From: Chrysochromulina tobinii
Lineage: Eukaryota
NCBI GenBank assembly: GCA_001275005.1
Contig: JWZX01003400.1
Location: 1-46,023, forward strand
Direction: 5' to 3'
DNA: 46,023 nucleotides
Shown one piece after another: positions 23,282-35,686 of this stretch (position 1 is its first letter; every line of letters begins with the position of its first letter). Position numbers and translations under genes: made by a program. The notes beneath the pieces are model-generated. The model saw nothing but the letters and a program-made list of their open reading frames with translations. It ran no database searches and had not been told where the DNA came from.

Positions 23282-24031
23282 TCAAACGGCTGCGCGTCCC
23301 GCGTCGTCACCGTGCTCAGCCTGGGCGAGGCAGAGCCTCTCAAAGCGCTCTTGGGCCTCTTTGGCGCCGTCGCCGCCGGGGCGATAATGGATCATGGTGT
23401 ACAACTCACGCAGGGCTGCCGCCAGCAGAGCGAGTGCAGGCACGAGCCGACGTAGCCGCCCGAAGCGCCGCATGGCGCGCGCACGCTTGAGCAATGCAAG
23501 GATAGCGGGGCGGCCGCGCTGAGTGGCGATGTCGAAGACGTCGCAGCCTCGGTACGAACCTGCGGTGCCCTTGGGCGTCAAATCCGCACGATATTCGAGC
23601 AGCCTCTCCACGATTGCACGCTGGTCCCACACGACAGCGATCATCAGCGGAGTGGCGTCGTTAGCGCAAATGGGCGTGTTTGGGCTCGCTCCACGTTCAA
23701 GTAGCAGATCGACAACGTTCAGGTGGCCGCGGTTGCAAGCAAGCCCGAGTGCAGAGTAGCCGCTCGATTGGCCAGAATCTGGGCTCGCGCCCTCGTCCAG
23801 CAGCCGCACGCACTCTGCCATGTCTCCTTCACGGCACGCCGCGCACAGTTTGCGTCCGAGGTACGAATCCTCAGGCAGCCGGTTACGAGTCGAGTCGGCG
23901 GCATTCTTGCTCGTGTGCCACATGGACAGAGTTAGAGTCGGAGTCGGAGCGGTGAGCTGGAAGGCTTCCACGAGTTTGTTGAGCGCGCGAAGCGCGTCGA
24001 TACTCTGGCTATACGACCCGAGCATGGGCAA
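23282..24031 (-). CDS. Ankyrin repeat protein
   Basis: Ankyrin repeats LCAACREGDMAECVRLLDEGA, GYSALGLACNRGHLNVVDLLLERGA and ATPLMIAVVWDQ. Start codon uncertain. Confidence 0.82.
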   Translation of the reverse strand: MPMLGSYSQSIDALRALNKLVEAFQLTAPTPTLTLSMWHTSKNAADSTRNRLPEDSYLGRKLCAACREGDMAECVRLLDEGASPDSGQSSGYSALGLACNRGHLNVVDLLLERGASPNTPICANDATPLMIAVVWDQRAIVERLLEYRADLTPKGTAGSYRGCDVFDIATQRGRPAILALLKRARAMRRFGRLRRLVPALALLAAALRELYTMIHYRPGGDGAKEAQERFERLCLAQAEHGDDAGRAAV

Positions 24032-24370
24032 GGGCCAGCAATGGGCCAGCCCCTTCTTGGCGTGTCCATGTGAGGGAGTGTGCGGTGTTGGGGAAGAGAG
24101 GAAAAAGGGAACTCAATTAACGAATCTAACGACTCAAGCTCTCAAGGTCATCAAGAAACTTTTCCTTTGAGTGCTTCTTGTGCCGTGAGCCGGGTAACTA
24201 CCCCCGAGTGATACAACTTCTCGCGACGATCCCGCTTTCTCCTTTCAAAAAGGACGCCAGTCCCCCAAATATATTGCAAATACTTCCTAACTTGTGAATC
24301 TCGTTTCTCGTAACATTGAGGTGGCAGCGGCACCGCCACCCGCTGCCACCGTTGGGGGATGCTCTGCTCG

Positions 24371-25298
24371 TCATTTGCGAGGCAGGTGATCTGGGTCCAC
24401 ATGCAGCATCTCCTCAGCCTTGGCGAGGTAAACCTTAGCCTGCGCCAGATTGTTCTGGATCAAAAAGGTTTGGCCCATCTGACGCGCGTGGGCCGAGGCC
24501 TGCAGCCGACCCGCTTCCGTATCGAGGTAACCGTAGCCACCAAAGCTGCCGCCTCCCCCACCGCCGCGCGCTTGCGCTTCGCTCGCACCGATCGGAGGGA
24601 CTGCCGCGACGGCGCGTGGGGAATGCAATCTCGCTCTTGGTGACTGCAATCTCGCCTCTCTCCAATCTTGCTTGCACTCCCTCATCCAGCAGCTGGGGAG
24701 CTATCAGTCCCCCGTCCAGTGGAAGGTACTTGTAGCCGCTTTCGAGACCGGCAGCAGGCCTCTCGGCAGTGATTGTGTTGAGGTGCGCTCGCGCTTCCCG
24801 GCGACTCGCAGCCAGACTACCACCCGTTGGTTTCGGCGGCGCCTTGAACTGAAACCGCTGCCCGACCTGGATGTGCGCTGGTACGATGATGGTCATGTTC
24901 AAATCTGTATCCGGGTCAGTGACCTGCATCGGCTGGCCGCCCGGCACTGTGGCGATCGTGGAGAGCTCCGTTTTGATGAGGGACCTCGGCGAGGGCTGCG
25001 GCACAGCGTCTCGCCATGTCGCTTGGATCCTCTCGTCGCCCGTGAAAATGTAGGCACCGGAGGGGAGCCGGAACGTCGGCTTATGATTGTCCCGATATAA
25101 TCCTCCGGATGGCATAGTCATCCGAGGGCTTATCGCTGCATTCCTATCGATGCGCACGTCCAGCGGAGTTTCAGCTCTTTTGTGTGCGAAATGGACCGGG
25201 AACTTCCTTTGGTAGTTGAGCACCTCTTCAAACGTGTTGCGCGGAGAATAGACTCCCAAAGCGGCGACGCGTGGCCGACCATCATGGAGCGACACCAT
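24371..25298 (-). CDS. Hypothetical protein with a probable +1 frameshift at 24618-24621 and a TPR-like C-terminal helix pair
   Basis: ORF 24435-25496 turns implausible after EIAF. The overlapping frame continues PRAVAAVPP...ARQMGQTFLIQNNLAQAKVYLAKAEE. The switch lies in a 4-nt homopolymer. Confidence 0.6.
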
Positions 25299-25699
25299 TT
25301 CAGCGCCCGGGAGCCGAAAGCGATGGGGCTCTACCCCCCTCTCCCTGTGGGTGTGCTGTGCGCTCTGGAACGGAAAAGCCCCGCCGTCGAGTTTGCTCAA
25401 CCTTCGGGACACGTGGCGAGGTGGACGAGACGGTGCGCAAAGCGCGTGTACGTGCATGCCTCTCGGACGACGATTTTTAGCGCTTCTGAACATCATCAGG
25501 TCTGATACTATAGGAAGGACTATCAGACAGGACTTGACAAAACGAGAGCGCTTCGGGGTTTTCGCGGCGTCCGTGAACTCGTCCGTGCGCCGCGAGACGC
25601 GGACGCACGCACAGGCTCTGCGCCGCGAGCGGTGCGTGCGTGGTGGTATAAGTCACGCTGAGCTCTCCCGGCGCCAGAACCACGCTGAACGCGGTCGCC

Positions 25700-28230
25700 A
25701 TGCTGCTCCTCTCGGTCCTATGTATCGCTGCCATCATGACCGGCACCGGCACGCCTGGTGCTGTCGAGCCTCCGGCTGAGTGGCTGGCGGAGATCGCGCG
25801 TTCCAACTACCTATACTCGCCGAATGACGCGCTCATCAAGGACAATCTCAAGGCTACGATTGGCAACGGCCAGCTCGCGACGCAGATCGACGCCAACGCT
25901 CTCTACATTGCCGGCGTCTTCAACGGCCCCGCCGCCAAGCCCTTTTCCGACCGTGCCTCTGCCGCCGCTGATGACGACGTGTCGCACCGCGCGACGGTCA
26001 CGTCGCCTCTCAACGTACAATGCGCCGAGTCGATGACAGCCCGTTTCAAGCCAGCGGGCGCGGCGCTCGACCTGCGTGGGGCTCGCTACCTGCGCCGGAG
26101 CACAGCAGCGGACGGTAGCGGTGGCATAATCGAGCAACGCTTCTTCGCACACCGCACGGAGCGCGGCCTTCTTGTGCTCGAGCTCGCAAACGTGGGCTCC
26201 GCGCCGATCACCTGCACACTCGTCGGCGGCCTCGCGGCCGGCGTCAAGAGCCGCATCGACACGAAAGACATTGCCTTTGGCTTACGCAGCGCGAATGTGA
26301 AGCTGCCAGGGGGGTCAGGCACTGCGAATGTGACAGTGATGAGCGGTCGAACGCGCGTGTCGGAGACGGCGCAGACGCCCACCGTGCTCGTGGCGCTCGC
26401 CGTGACGGCTATGGACGAGATCAGCCCCATCGTACTGCCCCCAGGCGCCACGCGCACGCTCTTGGCGAGCGTCGCCACGTCCATCGACACTGCAGATCCG
26501 GAGGCGGCGGCGCTCGCCGCGTATGGCGCGGCTGCGGCGCTGCCAACGGGCGCGCTCGCAACGTCTTCCGCGAAGGCATGGGCACAGCTGTGGGAATCGG
26601 GCGTGGCATTCGAGGGGCGCCCCGATGTGGCCGTCGCCGTCAACGCGTCTCTCTATTACCTTCTCTCATCGGTGTGCAGTGTGAAGAGGATGCTCGATTC
26701 TGAGTGCCACTGCCACTGAGTAGCCACTGTGTCAGTACCACTGAGTGCCACTGAGTGCCACTGAGTGCCACTGAGTGCCACTGAGTGCCACTGAGTGCCA
26801 CTGAGTGCCACTGTGTCAGTGCCACTGAGTGTTGCTGGGTGCGACGAGATCGCCCCGCATGGCAGGTGCGGGAGGAGGTTCGCTTTTCGCTCTCGCCGGG
26901 CGGGCTGGCCTCCAACGGGTACTATGGGCGCCTCTGAGTGCATCTGAGTGCATCTGATTGTCTGATGACCGCTGATGGCCTTCTCAGGTATAATGGGCAC
27001 TCGTTCTGGGACTGTGAGACTTGGATGTTCCCTACGCTGCTCGCGTGGCATCCGAGCATCGCCCAGTCGCTGCTTGAGTACCGCGTCGAACGACTGCCTC
27101 TCGCGCGCGCCAAGGCGAAGTCGTACAAGCCGCCGTATGCGGGCGCAATGTTCCCATGGGAGAGCGCCGTATCGGGCGCGGAGACGTGCCCGTCGTGGGC
27201 GGACACGGGGCAGCTCGAGCAGCACATCACCGGCGACGTCGCCTTCGCCGCCCGCCAGTTCTTTGCAATGACGCGCAACGCGACCTGGGCCAATAGCAGC
27301 GGCTTCGACCTTGCTAGTGGCGCTGCGGACTTTTGGGTCTCGCGCGTCGAGTTGAACGCCACCGACGGCCTCGCACACATCAAGCACGTCATCCCGCCCG
27401 ACGAGTATGCCACCGGTGATGACTCCGTCTACACGAATTGTGTTGCGGCAGAGAGCCTTCGCCTAGCGGCCGCATGGGCGGCGCGTTTCGGCAGGATGGC
27501 CGACCCTCGGTGGGCCGCGATCGCTGACAAGATTCCAATCTTGTGGGACGCGGCGCGCGGGTACCACCCGGAGTACGCAGGGTACACAATCGGCACCCAG
27601 ATCAAGCAGGCGGACGTCGTGTTGCTCGCCTACCCTCTGATGCTCAACATGAGTGATGCGGTACGGCAAGCCGACTTGGCGGCTTATGAGTCAGCGACCG
27701 ACCCCAACGGCCCCGCGATGACGTGGGCGATGCATGCGATTGGGCATCTCGACAACGGCCGGCCGGACCTCGCCGCGAGCCTGTTCAACCGCTCGTTTGC
27801 CAACGTGCAGATGCCCTTCGCCGTATGGACGGAAACGCCTCAGGGAGGCACGACCAACCTCTTGACAGGTGCGGGCGGCTTTCTGCAGGGCGTCCTCATG
27901 GGCTATGCCGGGCTCCGGATTCATGACGAGTACCTCACCCTCCGACCGGCTCTCATCGAAGGGACCCAATCCGTGGCTGTGCGTGGGCTGCGCTACCGCG
28001 GTGCGACGATACACGCCCAGTACGACGCTGCGACCCTCACACTCACCCTTGCGGCCGTCGCCTCCGATGGCGATCATCTCTCCGTCCTCGATGAGCTCAC
28101 CGGTAGCTCCATGGCGCTCTTCTGCTGTGACTCAGTGGCACTCCCACTGGCGGGGGGCGTGCATGTCTTTGAGCTGCGCATCTCTCCTTCGGCTCTTCCA
28201 GTGCATAGGCTCGGGCCGTGGCTATCCTAG
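25700..28230 (+). CDS. Secreted glycoside hydrolase family 65 (PGGHG / acid trehalase-like), 3 exons: 25700-26671, 26866-26918, 26988-28230
   Basis: Signal peptide. Motifs SLSPGGL, GYNGHSFWDCETWMFP, GAMFPWES, EQHITGDVA, VIPPDEY, IKQADVVLL and LTGAGGFLQ. Confidence 0.9.
26700..26830 (+). repeat. Intronic 10-nt tandem repeat (CTGAGTGCCA)n
   Basis: Read directly inside intron 26672-26865. Confidence 0.92.
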
Positions 28231-28643
28231 ATGGCTTGTTGGCAGCTGCTCGGGTTCGTGCCCAGCGTGAGCATGCACCTGAGCAAGGATGCACGCACTT
28301 GTACATGTACACAGAAAATCCACCCCCGGGGCGGAGAGATGAGGTTTGACTGTTATCTAGATTGGTTTTACACAAGACAAGCGGGCCCGGACACAGTCAC
28401 GCCGCCAGTGGTGAAAAGGATCTCGGAGAGCTCCGGAATGTCTCCACGAGTCCGGAAGACGTGCCGACTGGGCTTTGGATCGAGGACGTGAAAGTTAACG
28501 GAGTTGATTCATTCACTCCTTCCCACCTACACTTAAAGAGCGGGCAGTAACAGTGCCGTAGCAGCGGTTGTCGCGTCTGTCATGTTAACGTTCACACTTA
28601 AAAAGTGCGTGACGTGTCAGTAAAGTTTTTAACGAAGCCTTCA

Positions 28644-29252
28644 ATGTCCGCCCCTCCTCAAGTTGAAGTTCCGTCCGCCGACGCCGCCCCGGGCGAGCCC
28701 CCTCTTCAGACGCCGGGTGGCACGCCGATGACTCCGGGCGGCACCCGCCTCGAAGACGAGATCGCAAAGATGCAGGCCAGCATGGACATGGCGCTCAACG
28801 TCACCCAGTCTGCGGCAAGGCAGGGGTTGGAGATGGACGAGAGGGTGTCGCGGGCGCGCAAGAAGTCGCGTGAGCTCGAGATGGAGGTATTCGGTATGGG
28901 GATGGAGGACGTCGAAAGGCTACGCAAGATCTTCAGCGGCATCGACAAGGACGGCAGCGGAGCCCTCGACCCCGACGAGCTGAAGGTCGCGCTGATCCGT
29001 GCGGGCAAGGACGCGTCGGAAGAGGTCGTGCTGAAAATCTTTGAAAAGTACGACTATGACAAGAGCGGCACGCTCGAGTTTAGCGAGTATCAGTCCATGA
29101 TCGCCGACTGGGACAATGTGGTCAAAACCATCGACGAGGAGACGGCGCGGATTGAGAGGGCGAAGGCGGCGGCGGCGCCCCAGGCGTTCCCCGCGAGCTG
29201 GGACGCGGCGGCCCCAAGCGGGCCGACCGAGAGCGCGCCGGCGCCGGCATGA
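28644..29252 (+). CDS. EF-hand calcium-binding protein (one EF-hand pair)
   Basis: Canonical loops DKDGSGALDPDE and DYDKSGTLEFSE. Confidence 0.88.
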   Translation: MSAPPQVEVPSADAAPGEPPLQTPGGTPMTPGGTRLEDEIAKMQASMDMALNVTQSAARQGLEMDERVSRARKKSRELEMEVFGMGMEDVERLRKIFSGIDKDGSGALDPDELKVALIRAGKDASEEVVLKIFEKYDYDKSGTLEFSEYQSMIADWDNVVKTIDEETARIERAKAAAAPQAFPASWDAAAPSGPTESAPAPA

Positions 29253-29380
29253 CGCACCTGCTGATGCTGCTGTGTTTGGGCAAGCGAGCATGTCGAATCC
29301 GCGCACAGGGGCGCGTCTCAGGAATGCGTGCTTCCCTACGCACCCGGGCACGCCATGCACAGGAAACACGATGCGGCGCG

Positions 29381-29477
29381 TGGTACGCCTAGTACTGTAC
29401 ACTGGGCGTCAGCTGCGTGTGGCCAGTCAGTCAGCGGCGCTTGGTACGCCTAGTACTGTACACTGGGCGTCAGCTGC
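29381..29477. repeat. 36-nt intergenic direct repeat x2
   Basis: tggtacgcctagtactgtacactgggcgtcagctgc at 29381-29416 and 29442-29477. Confidence 0.85.
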
Positions 29478-30058
29478 ACGTGGGTTGTGGCCAGCCAGTC
29501 ACAGTCATTAAGTCGCCGGGCGTATAGTGAATTCGTAGGTCGCGGTGACGGTAGGAACGGGAGCTCCGCGGACGGAGCGGACGGTGTCCTCTCCGGCGAC
29601 GCACCGGAGAGTGTGCTCACAGTGCCCGCGCTCACCAGTGCCCCGGTGCTTACTTACTGTGCTTTCTGCTTACACGTTACAGCGTCGAGCGTGCCCGCGC
29701 TCACCAGCTGCAGCTCCACATAGAGCACTACCAGCACCGCACTAGTCTTCATACTTCATACTTCAAACAGGGAAATGGCGCTCCATATCACATCTTACGA
29801 CGGCACGCCTTTCGATCCGGGGATTCAGGTGTGAAATACACCAATAACGTCAATAACCGCGGACTTCGCCGGACCTTCCAGGTCTGAAAAGGCGGAAAAG
29901 CGGGTCCTGGCAAAATGGGCTCCCTCCCTGACAGCCTGGACCTGGGCGCGGCGGCGCTCCCTCGAGCGGCGGCGCTCCCTCGAGCTAGGCCACCCACGGG
30001 CACCTCGCTCTTGCGGCGGCCGAGCGCCGACGCCTTCCATCGGCCCGTGCAGTCTACC

Positions 30059-31935
30059 ATGAAGCGACGAGGCTTGGCTGGAGACGAAGAGGAGGTCTTC
30101 CTGATGGACATCGATGAGCCTGAGCGGGCGGCGTCCGCCTTGCCCACCTCGGCACCGAGCACCGAGCGACCGCTCAAGCTTTCGCACACCGCGTCGCCGC
30201 GCTTGAAGGGCTTTGCACCTGCAATCCCCAGCCGAGCGGCCAGCGCCAGCAGTTGGAGCTCAGCTCGGGCCACACACATACCAGAGCTGCCTGCGCGTGC
30301 GAGTGCGCGCCAGCGGTCGAATCGAACGCTGGCCCTCCTGTGGCCGTGGCGCACACGACGCAGGATCCTGCAAAGGAGGGCTCTGCGCCGCCCGCGTGCC
30401 AGCCTGCGCTGCGGCCTCAGCCGCCCTGCGATGCCCTGCCATGGAAGGCCGCCTAGTGTGTGGGGCCGCCCACCCCCCAGCGCGCGCCCGCGCGCCCGCC
30501 CCCTCCTTCCCTGCTTGATCGTTCGCGCTCGCCTACGCGTGCCCTCCTTCCCTCCCGAGCAGAGACCCACGACGGGCGGAGCATTTCGTCGACGTCCTCG
30601 GCGACGAGCGCAGGCATCGTCAAGAAGCCTCACCGCATGGCGAGCGCGAGTGGACTGATGGAGCGCGGCACGAAGAGCATGCCCTCGTCGCCACGCCTCG
30701 GCCCCCTTATCGGTCCTCTCGCGCCGCCCGCCTCGCCGATGCTCGCTGGACTCACCCCGATGTGCTCACCCATGATGAGAGGTCTCGCGATGGGGTGCAG
30801 CCTCGTGAGTAGCGCCGCTTCGTCCATGGGATGCGCGGCGGGCAGCATGCTGGTGCCTCTCGAGGCGGACCTGCAGCCGCAGGCCATGCAGCGTGCTCAC
30901 GAGTTCCGCGAGGGCCGGCGCGTCTTCCATGTACACTTTGGGCACGGGTTCGTCAAATCGCTCGAGGCGGAGCCGGCCGCCGCTGCGGCGGACGGCAGCG
31001 GCAGCGCTCCGCAGCCTGAGCGCATCGTCACGTACGACTCACAGCGGACGCACAACATCAACCTGGTCTTCGACGCGCCGAAGTATAAGGACCGGCCACA
31101 GCGGCTTCGCGCCTATTACGCCGTGCCCAAAATGGTCGTCATTCCTTCAACCGCGGCGCTGCGCAGGCAGAAGCTGCTCTCGTTAATGGATCTGACGCCG
31201 CCGAGCGAGCCGCAGCGCGTGGGGCTCGTGCGCTCGCTGCTCGCCTCCAACCAGCTGCGCGCTGCGTGCGTGCTCGTCTCACGCTGGAAGCTGCACGCCC
31301 ACTTCGAGCCGTCGCAGCTGCTCGAGCACCTCGTGAACGCCAAGATGTTCTCGGCCGCGATGCGCTTCGCGCGCGAGTTCGGGCTGAGCGCGACGGAGCC
31401 GTACACGGAGGCGAGCCTGTACCGCAAAATGCTCCACGAGCGCCAGTTCGAGGGGCCACTCAAGCACGCGGGCGCCAAGCGCGCCAGCATCGACGGAGTG
31501 CATACCCCCGACGATGTGCTCCGGCTGCTCGTTGGTGCGGGCCATCACGCCATCGCGCTCAAGTACGTGCATAAATTTGGTGCGAGCGAGCGCTTTCCGC
31601 CGCAGCAGCTCGTGTCGAGCTGCTTGGAGGCCGAAGGCAAGTGGACGGTGCAGACGTGCGGCTTGCTGCTCAAGTACGTCAAGGTCTTCGGCCTCGAGAC
31701 TCTCTATCCCATCAAGGAGCTTCTGGATCGTGTGGAACGTTGCGGCGTCACCGTGCACGACGTCGATGGCAAGTACGTGCTCAAAGGAAGGCGCAGGGCG
31801 GCCGCGACAGTCCCGGGCACGCCGCAGGCGATCGGCGGCGCGCCGCCGTTTACGAGCGCTGACTGGGGCAGCAGTAGCCTGGGCACCTCGCCGCCGCTGC
31901 CCTCCGTCATCCTGGGCTCGTCGGCGCCGTCGTGA
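30059..31935 (+). CDS. Protein with a low-complexity N-terminus, a Tudor/SH3-like motif and FRIGIDA/EXD3-like helical repeats; 5' part unresolved
   Basis: Frame 30460-31935 is well supported (GRRVFHVHFGHGFVKSLE; LVGAGHHAIALKYVHKFGASERFPPQQLV). The upstream segment from ATG 30059 is in a different frame and the junction is not resolved. Alternative start at 30637. Confidence 0.6.
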
Positions 31936-32730
31936 GCCAATCTCATTTTACATACTTAGCATGCAGGCTTGCGCCACGAGAAGCCTTTGACGTCTGAGTG
32001 TGCCAGCGCCTGGTGCCGTTTAGTAGCTGCTTTAGCATGCCGGTGTGCGCATGTGCCGATTAGTTGACGCTCGGACGCAGTCGCCGCCGAGAACAGCGCG
32101 CACATTCCGTCTACATTATACATAGGCCCATAGTGAACTTCGTGTTGAGTTTTTAGCATGGTTTTTAGTGTTTGACCTGAATTCGTGTCCTGAAAGGATG
32201 TGCTTCCCGGTGGGCCGGTGTGCGGTCGCGCGCGTCGCCGGGGTGTCCCCTGGGCCGGCAGCTCCGTACTGCGATCTGCGTAGCTACTCTCCGACTCCGT
32301 ACGGTGCGTACTCCACGACGCGCGCTGCTCCCCGTAATGGCGTAAATGGAAAATGCTCTAATAAGGCGTCAAAGTCGGTGTGCGGGATAAAACCGACTCG
32401 AACACGACCGATAACAAAACGTATTGTCGTATTCCCACGTATGAATTCATAATTCATATCGCGAGTCGAAGCACGAAGTCAAAAGACTAAACCCCGTCGC
32501 GGTCGATGGTCCGCACGTTCTGATCTTCTGAAGATGACCGTCTGAGGTCCCGTTTGATTTGAGGTAACACGAGAGCGCAGGAATGGCCAGCACCGGCCCC
32601 AGCGCCCAGGCCCGCCGGCCGCCGAGTCCGCGCAGAGAAACCCCATACCCGCGCCGCCGGCCCGCCGCATGCGTCGAGGTCGTGTTGAAATCGCGCCGCA
32701 CGACGGCACATGGTCCATTGTTGCGTAGAA

Positions 32731-33562
32731 TCAGGCGCGGGAATCAGGCATGGCTTCGCTGCCATCGTGCTCCTCGCCGCTCGCAAGCTCGTCCTCGGAG
32801 AGCTGGGGCGACGAGCGCCATGATGAGCGCGCGAGCGGGCTGCCTCGGCGAGAGAGTGCACGCGAACGGCCCGTGCCGCTCTCCGGCGAGCGTTGGAAGA
32901 GTTCGTGTGGTTGCGGCTGACGGACCGCGTCGCTCTTGCGCACGTCGAGCACGCAGTCGCCGATGCGGGAGCGCTGTTCGATCAGCTCGACGGCGCTCGC
33001 GTGGTCGCGAACGGGAATGCCATCGACGGCAAGTATCACGTCGCCCGCCCGCACACCTGATTGGTGAGCGCCGTTCCCGCGCACGACTTGGAGGACGAGC
33101 ACGCCGTCGCCCAGGTACGTGTTCTTGAGGACAAGGCCCGCGGGCCACTCGATCCTGACGGGGACTCTCAGGCCCAAAGGCATCGCCGCCGTTGAGTGGA
33201 CCTCGTCCATCACAGTCATCGCCTTCTGTGTGATCTCCGCGCCGCACAGAGACGCATACTCGAGATCTACCGTGATGGCCCAGACTGGTGAACGGCAAGT
33301 CGGACACGAGGACCGGCGACGTGCCCATTCCTCGTAGCACGACAGGCAGAAGTGATGGTAGCTACCAAACGAGAGGGACGGGCACAAGGCGCGCGCTCGT
33401 GGGTTGGGGAAGTGCGCCATGCACATGGCGTCGGGGAGCGTGCTGCGCGTACCATGCGCCGCCAATGGATGGGTCGCGCATTGGAGCCGCGCAGATTGCG
33501 CAATCGATGACCTCTGCGCGCGTCGATCGGGCACGTTGCGGCGAAGCAGGCGCAACATCCAT
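32731..33562 (-). CDS. RING finger plus PDZ domain protein, 2 exons: 33562-33453, 33361-32731
   Basis: Splicing intron 33362-33452 creates CAIC...GGACYHHFCLSC...CPTC (C3HC4). PDZ motif GVLVLQVVRGNGAHQSGVRAGDVILAVDG. Confidence 0.85.
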
Positions 33563-33894
33563 TGTTCGCGAAGGCGGGGTCAGCACGTCAAAGTGCTCGG
33601 CTATAAGTGCGGGAGCGCACGCTCTCGCCCCCTTTCCCCACAGGTTTGGGGAGCCCGTGCCAAGCCTGGTCCTCCGTCGCACCTCCAAGCGTGCGAGTGG
33701 GGGAAAACCTTCGCAGTGCGCGTCGTTGTTGTGCATGTACATAGTCATGACAACCAGGTCCCCCTCTCCCCGCCCCTTGCCGATAGCAGGCTGAGTCGGC
33801 CACACCTCCGTCCATTGCGAAAGAGGCCCTCGTTCTTGGGGTTCCGGAGAGTGGGTGCGTTTTCGTGTTCACAGAAGCGACAAACTCGTCGCAG

Positions 33895-34758
33895 ATGCCG
33901 CCGCCGCCGCCGTCACCGCCGCCGTCACCGCCACCGCCGTCACCGCCACCGCCGTCACCGCCGCCGCCGTCACCGTCACCGCCGCCGCCGTCACCATCGC
34001 CACCACCTCCAATCAAACATCCATGTCCACCACAGCCGCCGTCGCCACCTCCCCCGTCGCCGTCGCCACCTCCCCCGTCGCCGTCGCCACCTCCCGCGCC
34101 GCCGCCCCGGCCGCCGCCGATCCCGCCGCCCGCCCCGCCACGTACGCCGCATCCTTCGCCGCCACCGTCACCTTCGCCGCCACCGCTTTTGCCAGGCCAG
34201 CTGTGCGCCGAAGGCTGCGTTTTGGGCTCGAATGACGGCACTTGCGACGACGGCGGTCCCGGCTGGGAGTATGACGTGTGCGAATACGGCACCGACTGCT
34301 CGGACTGCGGCGGGCGACCGCCGCTGCTGCCGCCCTCGCTGCCGCCCTCGGAGCAGAAAGGCCTGCCGAGCAGCCTGCTGCTCAGCACGATCACGCATGG
34401 AGACGTCGTGCTTGCCTTCCTGCTGGGGATGGGCACGTGTGCGTTGCTCGGCCTGTGCGCATGCTGCGCCCTCTTCTACCTGCGCCGCTGCTGCTCTCGC
34501 GATCCGCCGCCGCCGCCGCCGCCACGCTCCTGCAAGAACGGGGGCGACCATTTCGTCAACTTCCAGAGCGCCGTCAACTTCGACGACAACGACAGCGACT
34601 CGGGGGGCGTGCAGATGGGCGTCTGCGGCGGCGACGATGGCGGCTCCTCCTCACGAGCAGCGCCACGTGGGCGCGCGCGCCGTCCTGCACGCAAGTCCTT
34701 TGCGCCTTTGGGCGATGAGGTCAGCATGATGAACCCAGATGAATGGCTCGCCGAGTGA
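33895..34758 (+). CDS. Ser-Pro(n) extensin-like membrane protein with a Cys-rich module and one TM helix; may have an upstream exon
   Basis: SPPPP repeats, CDDGGPGWEYDVCEYGTDCSDCG and hydrophobic VVLAFLLGMGTCALLGLCACCALFYL. Confidence 0.72.
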   Translation: MPPPPPSPPPSPPPPSPPPPSPPPPSPSPPPPSPSPPPPIKHPCPPQPPSPPPPSPSPPPPSPSPPPAPPPRPPPIPPPAPPRTPHPSPPPSPSPPPLLPGQLCAEGCVLGSNDGTCDDGGPGWEYDVCEYGTDCSDCGGRPPLLPPSLPPSEQKGLPSSLLLSTITHGDVVLAFLLGMGTCALLGLCACCALFYLRRCCSRDPPPPPPPRSCKNGGDHFVNFQSAVNFDDNDSDSGGVQMGVCGGDDGGSSSRAAPRGRARRPARKSFAPLGDEVSMMNPDEWLAE

Positions 34759-35422
34759 AGCGGCACTGCGCGGCCCTATGTGGCACGGCCCGTGTCACGG
34801 CTCGGGGGGCGCCGTGGCCACGTGGCCAGAGGAGGAGCGTGGCCACGTGGCCAGAGGAGGAGCGAGCGCCATTGGCGCCTCGTAGTACGCTTTTGTGGTG
34901 CAGACGGTCGGACCGTACGGTCGCTATGGTCGGAGCAGACATGCACATGGGCAGTCATCGTGCATTCGTGCACATCTCACGAGCCGCGCCCCGCTAGCCC
35001 GCGCGTGTGCCGCCGACCGGGCCCCCGTTTTAGTACGGTGTTTTGTCAGTGTTCCAAGCGAGCGTGAGCTCGCGCTGTCGGCCCGTTCGCAAATAGTTAA
35101 AAGACAGCGCGCAGCGACCGTACCGTGTGAGCGCCGCGCCGGCGCCCCAACGCAATCCAAGCCCCAGCGCCGGCGCGCGGACCCGGACTCGACTCGCACC
35201 GACCGACACCCGGACACCGCTGGCTGCCAGCGCGCTGCGCGGCAGCGGGCCGGGCGCGTTATATCCGTTGGATGGGCGGTAGCGAAGCCGGGTACCCCAG
35301 CAACTCCCCGACGCCCGAGGCCGCCGGGCGGGGACGCTCATACAACTCCCTCCAGCAGTAGGCGTCGGGCGCGGCCGGGCGGCCTCGCCTGGCGCGGCCC
35401 CATCCCCCCACCGGCGACCCCG

Positions 35423-35484
35423 AGCCCAGGTAGAGCCCAGGTAGAGCCCAGGTAGAGCCCAGGTAGAGCCCAGGTAGAGCCCAG
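35423..35484. repeat. 11-nt tandem repeat (agagcccaggt) x5-6
   Basis: Read directly. Lies outside any confident CDS. Confidence 0.9.
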
Positions 35485-35686
35485 GCCGACGCCGAGAAAC
35501 GCACCGTCCCTCTAGGCCGCTACTCCGAAACCGAATTCGACACTTGCGCTACGTCGCCGTAGGGGCAAAGGCTATGTACAAATGAAGACACCCGGAATCG
35601 CCAAACCGGGGTGGAAGCAAAGCAAGGCTTCAAGCAACCTTGTGCAGCATGCCACACGCGCCATGTTGAGCATGCTAGCCGCGTCG

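Noticed and set aside
26700..26830. Telomeric or interstitial telomere repeat
   Set aside because: The unit is not TTAGGG-like, is confined to introns and varies between introns.
32731..33805. Apparent frameshift splitting the RING finger
   Set aside because: Explained by a canonical 91-nt GT-AG intron (33362-33452).
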